From assembly GCA_030704615.1 (NCBI GenBank), contig CM060733.1, forward strand, positions 13,516,001-13,580,000: a stretch of 64,000 bases of DNA, read 5' to 3'. The notes under the pieces are model-generated. The model was not told where the DNA came from. It ran no database searches and was given only the letters and a program-made list of their open reading frames with translations. Every line of letters starts with the position of its first letter. Position 1 is the first letter of the stretch. Made by a program: the position numbers and the translations under genes. Source of the DNA: Takakia lepidozioides (lineage: Eukaryota; Plantae; Bryophyta). Positions 29,061-39,589 of the stretch are shown piece by piece.

Positions 29061-30959
29061 TTCCTTGCTACATATGATTTCAACAGTCTTCTTTTTGCAA
29101 GAACAAAAGAAGGTTCCAGAAAGAGTCATTGAGAGGATGAAAGAGACCTAGAGTGCATGCAGTTCAGGGGGCAGTGAGCATCGCCTTGATGGCTACTGGG
29201 AAGGCCGGAGATACAATGAATGCACGGTTGCAAGACGACGAAGCGGGACCTCAGAAGTTGTGCAGGGCTCTGCACTCTGCACTCTGCACGCTGGCCATAT
29301 CCAAGCTTGTCCTCACTTCCCTCCAAAATAATACGGGTGTGGATCTCTTTCAGTGTACTTGATCGTACTCATCTCGAAATGTCTAGACTCTACAACGAAT
29401 CAACGATGGTGTGAGTTGAATCAAGCCTTAACTCAGTTTATGTTAGATTGAAGCGTTGTACTGTGCAAAGATCAAGTGACCCGGGAGAGATGACTTGTGT
29501 GAAAAGTTTCCCTCGTTGAGTCATTGTGCGCACGCGAGGCAATTACAGGCTCTGTGATAGACTGCAGACAATGTTGCGCAGTGCATAATGTACATTGAAG
29601 AAAAGCGATGGCGTCAGAGCCGGAATGTGGGCCCTATTGGATCCAAACTGCACATGAGCCCTCCTACATGACACCTCTCGAGTAGCGATTGGCTCAATTC
29701 TGGACGGCTTTCAACTGGAGGCTTGTCGTCATTAACCCTGTTCTTGCTTTCTAACCAAGAACCCGGATTCTTGCAGAGCAGCTCACAAGTTCAAATCTTC
29801 GAAGAAGTAGGTAGGCAGCCCATGAGCCCATGAGTTGGGATTTCAGCCTAAAAAACACGTGCCCGTTGATCGATTGATGAAATACTCAAAGATGTTCCGA
29901 AAGACACAGTGCGGTCATATACAAGTGGACAGCATCCAGGAGGAGAACCGGAGCCCCAAAGACATGTTGGTGAGAACTCTAGATTTTCTGAGAGATCTTG
30001 CAATGTTTTGAAATGTGCATGAGAATGGCAGGCAGTTGGCTCCGAAGTACATTCTTAGAATCTGTACCTTTCTTCATACGGAGGGCTGGCAAAAGGACAC
30101 TTCTTCAGGAGGTGGGCCCATCTGTTTCCGACTGGCTGACCAACCAATGAATAACAATGTGTAGGCTAGTGTTGTGGGTGGGTTCGAAATAAACCTGGTG
30201 GGCCAGATCTGAAGTAGCAAAGATGCTGCTGTGCCGTCCATGTGATCAAATGTGGCCAACGGTCTAGCTATCCGGAGAAACCTTTCTACCCTGATGGATG
30301 TGTTGCCTTGCCGTGCTAGATATCAATGTCCCGAGCACTTTCGAAAAAACTGAACCTCCAGGCATACTGAAGGCTCATAACTTGTCTCCATATAGGAGAG
30401 CTAACTTCGTAAGCTACACATCAAGAATTTTCCACTGTAGAATAACAATTCAGTGGATGACAGAAAAAGTTCCCAACAGTTTCTAAAACCAGCTGTACAA
30501 TAATATAGGGTAACCCTGCCTATCATCACTTGCCTCTGTGCATATGAGTGCAAAGCCACAGAACATCATTCTGGTTTGAATTCGATTGTCAACACATCAC
30601 TAGAACCAAAACTTGACGCTAAGGAAAAACCCTCACCACCTCTATAAGCTGGAGCTGCATGGGAGAATGAGATGCTCTTCCTCTGCAGGTTGCAGCCTTT
30701 GGGGGGGTACTGTTTTATAAGGATTGGAGCTTTGCTAGAGAAGCCAACACAGACTACGAGGACCATGCACATTGCACACCATACACATATTCATTCAGCT
30801 ATACAGAGTTCATCCGTAAAGCACCTCAGAAAATTTGGTAGAGTACTTTTATGCCAATTATTAGGTAGAATAACATGCATATGGCGACCAGTGCATCTTT
30901 ACAGTGATATAGGGCAGACACTAGAAAGATAACAATTTTTTCGGTTGCTTTACGCAGCC

Positions 30960-32071
30960 TATAAAGGCCCCATATGGAAGGCACTCCCATGCCAGCGCAA
31001 GATGATTCAGGCTACAATTTTTCTTCTTCGCAATTTCCACCACTCCCTCCCCTCAACTCATTGTTTTTGTTCAGATTATTTCCTGCCATCCCCGGAAATA
31101 ACTGCACCAACAGTTGCACATGATAATCAACATTACATCGGTGGACCCATTTTAGCCCCAAAAACTCATGCAGCCTCACACACCGAATTAGTATTCAGCT
31201 TCACCAGGTTGTAGACTGTACCACAGGAAGCAGTTCATGCACTTCAAGCCTGAGACACTTATGGAGAGACAGTTGAAATACACGAGCATGCTTTGATTCC
31301 CTTATAGTGACCTAATCAGTCAAACAGTTCCGAATAATAGAGAAAGAAAGAAAGAACACTAGAGCAAAATCGAACCACATGTAGAAAATAAAAGAACCAA
31401 ACAATTCAAGAAACAGACACTATCAAACTATTTTAGTGTGCCACAAAGGTTGGAGGGATAGAGAGATAGAATCACCTGCGGATAGTCGCCCTCGCCTGTC
31501 CCCTTAGGAATATGACCAGCGAAGAAGCCTCGACCGAGGGGACGATCTGGGACGATCCAGATCCCTAACTCTCTGCCCATCATCATACCATTCAGGTGAA
31601 CAGTTTCGTTTACTTGAGGACTTGCAACAGGTAAAGAACAAACGTGCATCGTCTGGATAGCATGATAGACGGCCAGTACAATGTTCACTAAATCACCAAG
31701 CTGTCAGTCGCTTTGACAAGTCTCTAATTTACTGTACGAATATCATTTAAAGATGGTAGGTATGCCGAACGAGAATTGATCCCGTGTCCACAAATCACCG
31801 CCTCCATAACCACGAAAGTCTAGTCTTCAAGCTATTCACTGCTCAGCTCATAATGAAATAAATAGAGAAGTACACCAGAGGTGTGCGAGTGATTCAAAAG
31901 GGGAAAGCAAAGGCAAGTTTGAGTCAGAACTCCAAAGAAAGTATGCATACATACAGCCATTTACAAACATAAATACGAGACATCACCTTTCCAAGAAGAA
32001 CTTCATTCGTGAAAGGCCCATATATATCTGCTGAGTCAAAAATGTGACCCCACACTCCACAGCATGCCTGA
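30960..32071 (-). pseudogene. Inverted, internally deleted paralog of the AKR gene
   Basis: The reverse complement matches the AKR exon 1 3' half, intron 1, intron 3, exon 4 (31477-31574), intron 4 and the start of exon 5. Exons 2-3 are missing and there are frameshifts. Confidence 0.9.
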
Positions 32072-32771
32072 TGTCTGTTCTTCCCTGCAGCAATACCAAA
32101 GAACAGTTTGATTGAAGGTCATGAGTGGCTCACACAATCTGAACTTGCACACTTTTTAGTGAAGACTATCCAGGCTTGAGATAGCTCCCTCAGGGGATGA
32201 ACCCCGGTTTCAAACCGTACTCAGTCCGACATGGCATGAATCACTGAACCTGCACTCAAAGGAGTAATGCTTTAAAAAAGCGTGATTCAGTGAAATACGC
32301 TAACAGAATAGTTAGAAATGCCGTGAGCAAAGATCATATAGCCTAATTGACTACGAACTCTCCTTTTTTTACCTTTGTCAAGTTCCCCTTTCTCAACCTC
32401 ACCCTCTCCCTTTCCCCGGCCTTCCCAAGCAGAGGATAGACCACTTGCTCCCCCCGAAGCTCCTGCCGAAGAAGCGACCATCCAGAGCCTCCTGCTGAAC
32501 TGTTGGAGATCCCCCCTCCCTCTCAATATCTCAGTATGTCTCCATGGAAAGTCCCTAATTGCTTGCACCCCATGGCCTTCTGCAACCACGAAAAAAGTGA
32601 CCCAGGGTAATAGAAACAACCTTCATGGAGAGAAGAGCCCTAGATAGAGCTTAAACTCCCCACACGATAGAACACCTTGCAAACATATGACAGACTGTAA
32701 GAATAAAGCACATGATATCTAACCCAAACATAAATGGTAATCAAAAGTAATGATTCGTTCATGGCCAGACA
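32072..32771. mobile_element. Candidate solo LTR truncating the AKR pseudogene
   Basis: 700 bp bounded by TGTCTG...CAGACA, starting exactly where AKR homology stops. No TSD (CCTGA vs ATTGT). Confidence 0.35.
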
Positions 32772-32807
32772 ATTGTAAAGGATAACTCAGTGCTGCATAT
32801 AGAGTGT

Positions 32808-32925
32808 TTCGCGATTGGCAGCTGGAGGGAGTCTGCATTCGACCACGACCTCAAAATCGGAGACCAGCTTGTCTTCACTCTCTCCTTTTACCGTTCGAGT
32901 GTTTGACAAGTTTGGCAAACAAAGG
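32808..32925 (+). pseudogene. B3 DNA-binding domain fragment (REM-like)
   Basis: GSWRESAFDHDLKIGDQLVFTLSF/TVRVFDKFG with one frameshift; matches the B3 C-terminal consensus GW..F..D..L..GD..VF. Confidence 0.7.
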
Positions 32926-33404
32926 CAGGCAACTCCACCACCTAGGGAGTATCCTTGGATCCATACTGGGGTTGATACATGGCTATAGGATTGGTATCCA
33001 CCCCCGGGCCAAAAGCTTGCCAAAGCGCAAGTACACAGTCGAGATTGAATCCGGCCTGAAAACATTGCGGAAGCCAGATACTAATGTTCCACACAATTTA
33101 ACTAGCACGATGAAGTCATTCCCAACGCATGTTTCCAGCAGGTAGAGGCCATTTCATCTCACCTGCTCATGCTACTACGTGTTATCGATGTTATATTTGC
33201 ATGGGTTACATGTAATGACTGGGACAAGCTGGCGATTTTACCTGTGAGATCCCAAACTGCATGGGCTGCTAATCACATGTTCTCTCCCGACCCTGAACAA
33301 TGCAACACCTTTATCCAGCACATTAAATATCCCCAAGTCCATACACTCCTTCGACAACTAAGCCAATTACCCCCCGATCCCAATTCCAACCTTGCCCCCC
33401 CCAA

Positions 33405-34722
33405 CACCCTGGAATGAACACTTTTCCGACCCCAGTCAATGGTGGGACAATGGAGACAAAAGGTGAATGCCTGTTGGAAGCAGACGCAAGTCAGCATAGG
33501 AACTAGTGTGATAAGTATGGTTGGGGTGTTTGCTGGAAGAATTCTAGGCTGTCATTGTCAGTTGCTAGCAGCAAGGCAAGGATGTATGCATGATTTGTGC
33601 AGAGGCATGGATAGCTGAAGGAGCAGGGATAGAGTGTGGGCCCAGATTTCAAGCACAAGATTACCTATGATTCCCTGTGGATCAATAGCTACAAGAAACC
33701 TGCATGGGTAGATGGTCAACTGGAAGCAGAAGCAGTAGCAGCAGCGGCACAATTGATAAAATCAGGCACTGCTAATGAAGGCGCCTTCTTCAACACATTT
33801 CACCCTGTTTTTCCCTCTTATCAGAACCGGCCCTTAACTTCCATGTTGAATTCTGCAAGTTAGCTGGTTGAGTGATTTGGAGTGACTTTGACATGATACT
33901 GCCAATGTGACAACAGGAAAGTATCCACAAACAGGTAACAGAGATGTGGAGAAGCTGTGGACTGAATACCTTTCTGACCCCAGTCAATGGTGGACAACCG
34001 AGGCCAAAAGGTGAATGCCTGTCAGATTACAGAGAGTAGCAGACGCAATTCCGCATAGGAACTAGTGTGATAAGCTGAGTTGGGTGTTTCCTAGAACAAA
34101 TCTAGGCTGTCATTGTCAGCTGCTAGCAGCAAGGCAAGGATGAATGCATGATTTGTGCAGAGGCATGGATAGCTGAAGGAGCAGGGGTAGAGTGTGGGTC
34201 CAGATTCATCCAAGAGGGCCAGATTTCAAGCACAAGATTACCTATGATTCCCTGCGGATCAATAGCTACAAGAAACCTGCATGGGTAGATGGTCAACTAA
34301 AGGCAGCAGCTGCAGCGGCACAGTTGATAAAATCAGGCACGTCAACCATCACCACAGCTTCTGGAAGAGGATCAAGAGAGGGAGTCCACAATGCCTCTTC
34401 TGGCACTTCTGGGCATGTGAAGATGCTTTGTGAGGCAGGCAGACTGAGAGAGGCTCTACAGACTTTAAACCAAGGAGGCATTTCAGCAGATTCAGATAGG
34501 TATGTCTGTCTCTTGCATAAGTGCATCATGATGAAAGGCCTGGAAGCTGGAAAGCAGGTGCACACTCACATTATCCAAAGTGGATTCACGCCAAATGTTT
34601 TTCTACTCAACACCATTGTCAACATGTATGTTAAGTGCGGGAGCATCATGGATGCTCCCCAAGTGTTCAACAGAATGCCTCAACGATCTTTGAGCACATG
34701 GAATATAATGTTGGTTGAGTAG
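33405..34722 (+). pseudogene. Two OSB-type PDF motifs followed in frame by PLS-class PPR repeats (truncated)
   Basis: LWTEYLSDPSQWW(D)NRGQK, intron, IHPRGPDFKHKITYDSL(W/R)INSYKKPAWVDGQL, present in two copies. The ORF continues into LCEAGRLREAL...GKQVHTHIIQSG...NMYVKCGSIMDA.QVF.RMP...WN.ML. Confidence 0.8.
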
Positions 34723-35043
34723 ATCATCTTGACAATCACCATGTCATTTAAGCTGCAGCTTCCATCTTTTCCATCCCTTTGTCACAGTTACTCTGAACTA
34801 GGTGGCCAGCAACCTTTGGTTGAAGAGAGTTCTTCCTGCACCTTCCAGTGGGATTCTTGGGGCCGAATGTGATTTTCTAGTACATTCACATATTTGGCTA
34901 GATTGCATGTTATCTCACACTGGAAGGTTTGTCAATGAGTTATTTCAACTGCCTGCTGTTGTAACAGGGGCGGAAGCGTTGTTTGCACGGATGAATTCAG
35001 ACACAGAAGTTGACACTGGATAGAACCCGCTAAGGGAGGGCCA

Positions 35044-35417
35044 GTGGACCCAAAGCATCATGTTTCTTGTGAAATCCCTCACGCTGGTAGCTTTCCTTCT
35101 GATCATCCGCCTTGCCGAGAAGGTGTGGAAGGAACGTATGATAGTTGCCTCTCAGGCAGAGCTCAAATCAGCTGCAGTGGAACTCCCAAGAGAAAGCAAC
35201 GTAATTTAGGTCTGTGGGATCACCCATGTTGTGAGTTTCCGGGTGGTGCTTGCTGTTCATGTTGCTAGGACTAACAATGACCAAACAGCATTGACCAAGG
35301 AAGAAAATGACTTGAAAACGTCCGGGACTCATGTCCTGCAGAAGGAAGCAAAGGAGTATTGGGGACTGGTGGAGGACCTGTTCCTGTTGCCGCAGGTTGT
35401 GGGTTCAGCTCTGTGGG
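35044..35417 (+). pseudogene. DUF2921-family membrane protein fragment
   Basis: FLVKSLTLVAFLLIIRLAEKVWKER and KEYWGLVEDLFLLPQVVG resemble the plant DUF2921 C-terminal TM region. Frameshifted. Confidence 0.65.
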
Positions 35418-37304
35418 TTGTGTTTACCCCTCCCCTTCTCTCTCTCTTTCCTTGCAATGCAGCTTGTCTTTGCTCTTTGTGGCCGTAGACAGCAGTCTCA
35501 TTTCTGCTGGAAGTTCTAGGCGCACGTAACTTATGGTGCCACTTCACCCTGAACTGCTACTGCCTTTTCTTTGGAGGGTAAACACCTTTTAATGGCCGTG
35601 GGCAATGCGGGAGAATGAAGAAACTACATTAAAACCCTACACTAACACCTAGGCCCACCCAGAATTTCCCTATTCTTCACGGTCTGCTTTCCTGCCAAAG
35701 TCTGGCGAGCAGCAGTTCTGAGCTCTCTTGCGACCCATTTTCTTGAGCTGGGCTGCTATTGATTTCTGTTGTGTAGAACAGAGGCTTGAGAGCAGGTAAC
35801 GTTGATGATTTCTTCTCTTGTGCGTTCAATGAGATTTTCGAAAACACTGTCCATTCATGCAACAGCAGCTTGCAAGGTCTTTTTCTGCTGCTTGCCTGCT
35901 GGACTCAACCCATAGGCACTGGAAAGGTTGAAAGGGATTGATTTAGTAAAGAGTGGCATGGCAAGCGGTGATGGGAGAGATGGGAGCAGGAGAAGGACCA
36001 TTGCTCCGGAAGCTTTGGAAGTAGCAAGGGGGGTCGCCGGATAGATGCTTTTCAGCTGAAGCTGGAAGATAAAAATACATCATACTGTCTCTGAAGCGGA
36101 CTGCGCCGTCCTGGTGGCCAAGTGCGGTGAGAACTCTGTAAATTTGTAGTGGCCGATGATGGCTTGGGCTATGCTGACGTTGGGGAGGAGGAAGAGTGGA
36201 TGTCAACCACTTTCCTGACGATTCCAATGATGACGGTGATGGATCCGGGAAGCACAAGAAAAGGAATCCGGATGGAACTCGTAAGCTTCCGATAGAGGGT
36301 TCCTTTCCTGTCGATACTGGGTGCAGAGTGCAGAGAGAGTAGGGAGTGAGGAGGGTTGGCCTTTTGGTGAACAATATGCAAACTACCTGCTAGCAAGGTG
36401 GGGAGTCTACTATGGTCGCAGCCCGACATTGCATTGATTCTTCATTATTCTTGCACAGTGTGGTAGATCGAAAAAGGATCCGCCTAGTAGGAAGGCTGCA
36501 GCACTATGAGCTGCTGCGGCGCTCATGGGGAGGCAGCGCGTGTCAAGAATGTTCACTTCTGCTTCCAGCATCCCTTCTCTAGGAAGGCGCATTCGGAATG
36601 ACAGAAGTGTGGTAGTGCCACGTCATCTGCCCCACATCATCATCGTCATCTTTTTGGCTATCAGGCAAAAGGAAAAACAATCCTTGCATAACGTATGCGG
36701 TCACTTCAACCTGAAAGGCTACTGCTTCCTTCCAACGATGCTTGAATTAGGAAAAAGTACTGTGAGATCACACTCCCACAGTCAGTTTTAAATTTGAATA
36801 TTTGTTCTCAGAAGTCGTCACTAGTAGTGCGGAGCAACTCGCAGACGTAGTACAATGTGGGTTCAACACCTGGCATGCTCAGTAGTAATGGCTGAGCTCG
36901 GGGTTGGAACTCAACAAACCTTGTGTTCCTAAGGTTGGGAGGAGGGCTCTATGTGAAGGCAGCCTTTTGTTTTTGTTTTTTGTTATTTGCGCATTCAGGA
37001 TCCTTGTAGACCTCTTGTCCAGGAGACCATTATGAAGACGAGAGCAGGGAGAGCTGTAGTCCGCAAGGGCAGGGCAGGTTCGGCGCCACTGCTTTCAGCA
37101 ACACGAGTTATCTACAAGAGTTGATTAAGAAAGCAACGAAAGATGGGCATATTGAAGAAGGAGTCTCCCTTCTTCCTAAAGACGGTTTCTCAAAGCTCGA
37201 TGGCCACTGCAAGCCAATCCAGACTGGTATGTATGCAAACACCTGACATAATGCGTGTGGCTGCAAACCTGCGTGCACTTGAATTGAAGTTTGCATGCGT
37301 GTGA

Positions 37305-37572
37305 TCCCTACCGATGTTTCCGGAGAGATTACAAGGACTGCCCCCAACAATCAAAACGAACCCATTGTACTTCCTACCAAGGTTGAATAAATCTCTCCAT
37401 CTCAGGGAGGTTGCGTCATGATAGCTCTGGTCAAGAACACCAGCCTACTTGCTTGCCTGAATGCAACGACGGGTACCTTCAATGATCTCGATAGAAACCA
37501 CTACCTTGAGCTTTATGCCTAATTTGTGGAGGGCTATCTCTGGGGCCCCCAATCCCGCAAAAATAGCAATAG
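37305..37572 (-). pseudogene. DRM-type cytosine DNA methyltransferase C-terminal fragment
   Basis: IFAGLGAPEIALHKLGIKLKVVVSIEI (motifs I-II), then after a frameshift GFVLIVGGSPCNLSG (motif IV). Confidence 0.8.
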
Positions 37573-38327
37573 GACCTTGATGCTTGTCCTGATCATTTGG
37601 GACGAATCGACCAGTGAAACCAGACTGCCTCACCCAGCGACCCCCGGGCGTCGCTAAGGGAGGCATAGCATCGCAGTGACCAGAGCGACGCCAAGGCGTC
37701 GCCTACCCCAAAACGCCGTTGGCAGTTTGCGACGCCTACCTGAGGATAAAGGACAAGAACTTGAAATTAACTGGAGACCAACCTGACAACGGGGGATCTC
37801 CTCAGTCACGTTTCAGACACTCACCAGCTGGGGCGACAGACTTTCCTGTTGGCAAGCCCTGTCACACAACATTCCGTCATCAGTCAACTGTAATCAGCAC
37901 CTTACCAACCCGCGTTTAGGATTTGCATTGCCCCTGCTCTTTCGACTTGGGAGAAACAATATGCAGAATGAAGACCTACTAAACCCTAAATGACGAGTCT
38001 TTGAGAGGCAGAGGAGAACCGTCGACAATGGAAGGCCAACGTACAGTCAGAAGAACGATTCTCAAAGACAAGCACCTCGAGTCACAATACTGATAGACAG
38101 AGAGGTATAAACCATCTTACTGCAAACGTGAAAGACAGCAGTGTTGGCACCCTAAGTCCCTGCCATAGAGCCAGATCCCATCTCTTCATCACTGCACGGT
38201 GCCTGCATCCCTCATCCAGCAGGCTTCAGTGGACTACGGAACCCAACAAGGTGATCCAACCTGAGGGAGAGCAGCAAAACAGGAAACACATGCCATTACT
38301 TTCTAAGCGAAGATCTTTAGCATGTAC

Positions 38328-38467
38328 CTATATCTGAACGTGTTCAAGTTATACAAATTGTTGGGCTCAGAGCTGAATGTCACAGTGGCATTGGTCTTGC
38401 CGTTCCTCTTCACTAAACACTTGTTGTTGTTCTTTACCAACAACCAGATCAGGTCCGAAGACGCCAT
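38328..38467 (-). pseudogene. RPL28: 60S ribosomal protein L28 first coding exon only
   Basis: MASSDLIWLLVKNNNKCLVKRNG...FSSEPNNLYNLNTFRY, flanked by AG acceptor and GT donor. No downstream RPL28 exons found. Confidence 0.85.
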
Positions 38468-38908
38468 CCTGAGCTGCCAATTTGAAATCACGCCTAACGT
38501 TAGAGACCCACCTTCAACCCGAGGAGGGGATCCTGCTCTAACGAAGTGGACGATTAGGGAATTCCAAATAGGCCTTGATGTGAAATGCAGCGCAATTTAC
38601 TTGATCAGATGCCAATTCAATTGAATTGCGATGCCAATTCAATTGAACTAACCCTAATTTGCAATTCAATTGAATTGTAATCTATAATTTTTAACGCAGT
38701 TTTGTATATAATATATATAATATATTATCATGTGTATGTATATGTATATGTATCGTATACACATATACATACGAGAGTATAAGATGAATATACATGCTGG
38801 CCCGTCTATTCCTGCTGCCCGTCCATCCTTTGCTTGTGGTAAGGCCTAAGTCACGACATGAGTCGCGTACCCTAAAGGAGAGATATATACTACACATATA
38901 TACTAGTC

Positions 38909-39157
38909 GAGGTATCGTCATTAGGTTGTAGCCCTGTTTGATATATCTACAGAGGTATAGTATTTCATTTTACAAGAAAAGTTGGCCAAATTAATCTATA
39001 TTTATGCGGAGGTATCGTCATGAGACAGTAGCCCTGTTTAGTATACCACCAGAGGTATAGCGCATGACTTACAAAGAAACCTGGTCAAATCAGCCTATAT
39101 GCAGGTTGAGGTATCGTTATGAGGTAGTTGCCCTGTTTAGTATACCTACAGAGGGAT
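38909..39157 (+). repeat. Three ~100-bp subterminal tandem repeats
   Basis: GAGGTATCGT.AT...GCCCTGTTT..TATA....CAGAGG at ~38909, ~39009 and ~39108. Confidence 0.8.
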
Positions 39158-39589
39158 TGGCAACGTACGCATTCTTATCTCTGTTTTTATCCCAGTCCTC
39201 GCTTGTTAGATTCTACAGCTGTTCATCGCGTAGCACTTGGCTACATGATGTCTATTGTTTCTGGTTTACTCAATAAGAAGAGTGGGATAGAAATGTCAAG
39301 TGAGTTTTTCATGGTACGTGTCATGGTTGGGTGGACAGGAAGAGGCCAAGGAAGAGGCAGCAGCAGAGCTGACACATTTGGTAAGGCAACCGTGTCCATC
39401 ATGAGTATGAATGATGCTGCACCCTCGGAAATACAAGATGCTTCAAGTAAGTTCAAAGAGCTTTCTTCTCTTTCTGGTGTGCTGGATATGTATGCGGAGG
39501 ACAACTAATATCACCTTAGGTGCCAAGGCAGAAACAAACAACCAAACCCTATTTCATTTCATTTCTCTCTCTCTCTCTCTCTCTCTCGT

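Noticed and set aside
29646-29667. TAHEPSY-like match to the MsrA exon
   Set aside because: About 20 bp only, with no flanking similarity.
36065-36100. RQYDVFLS, resembling a TIR-domain start (minus strand)
   Set aside because: Followed almost immediately by a stop, with no further TIR motifs.
36818-36848. Helitron 3' end (hairpin plus CTAG) on the minus strand
   Set aside because: Bulged short stem only 3 nt from CTAG; no matching 5' end identified.
38328-38467. Functional RPL28 gene
   Set aside because: The next acceptor leads to unrelated sequence and a stop; remaining RPL28 exons were not found.
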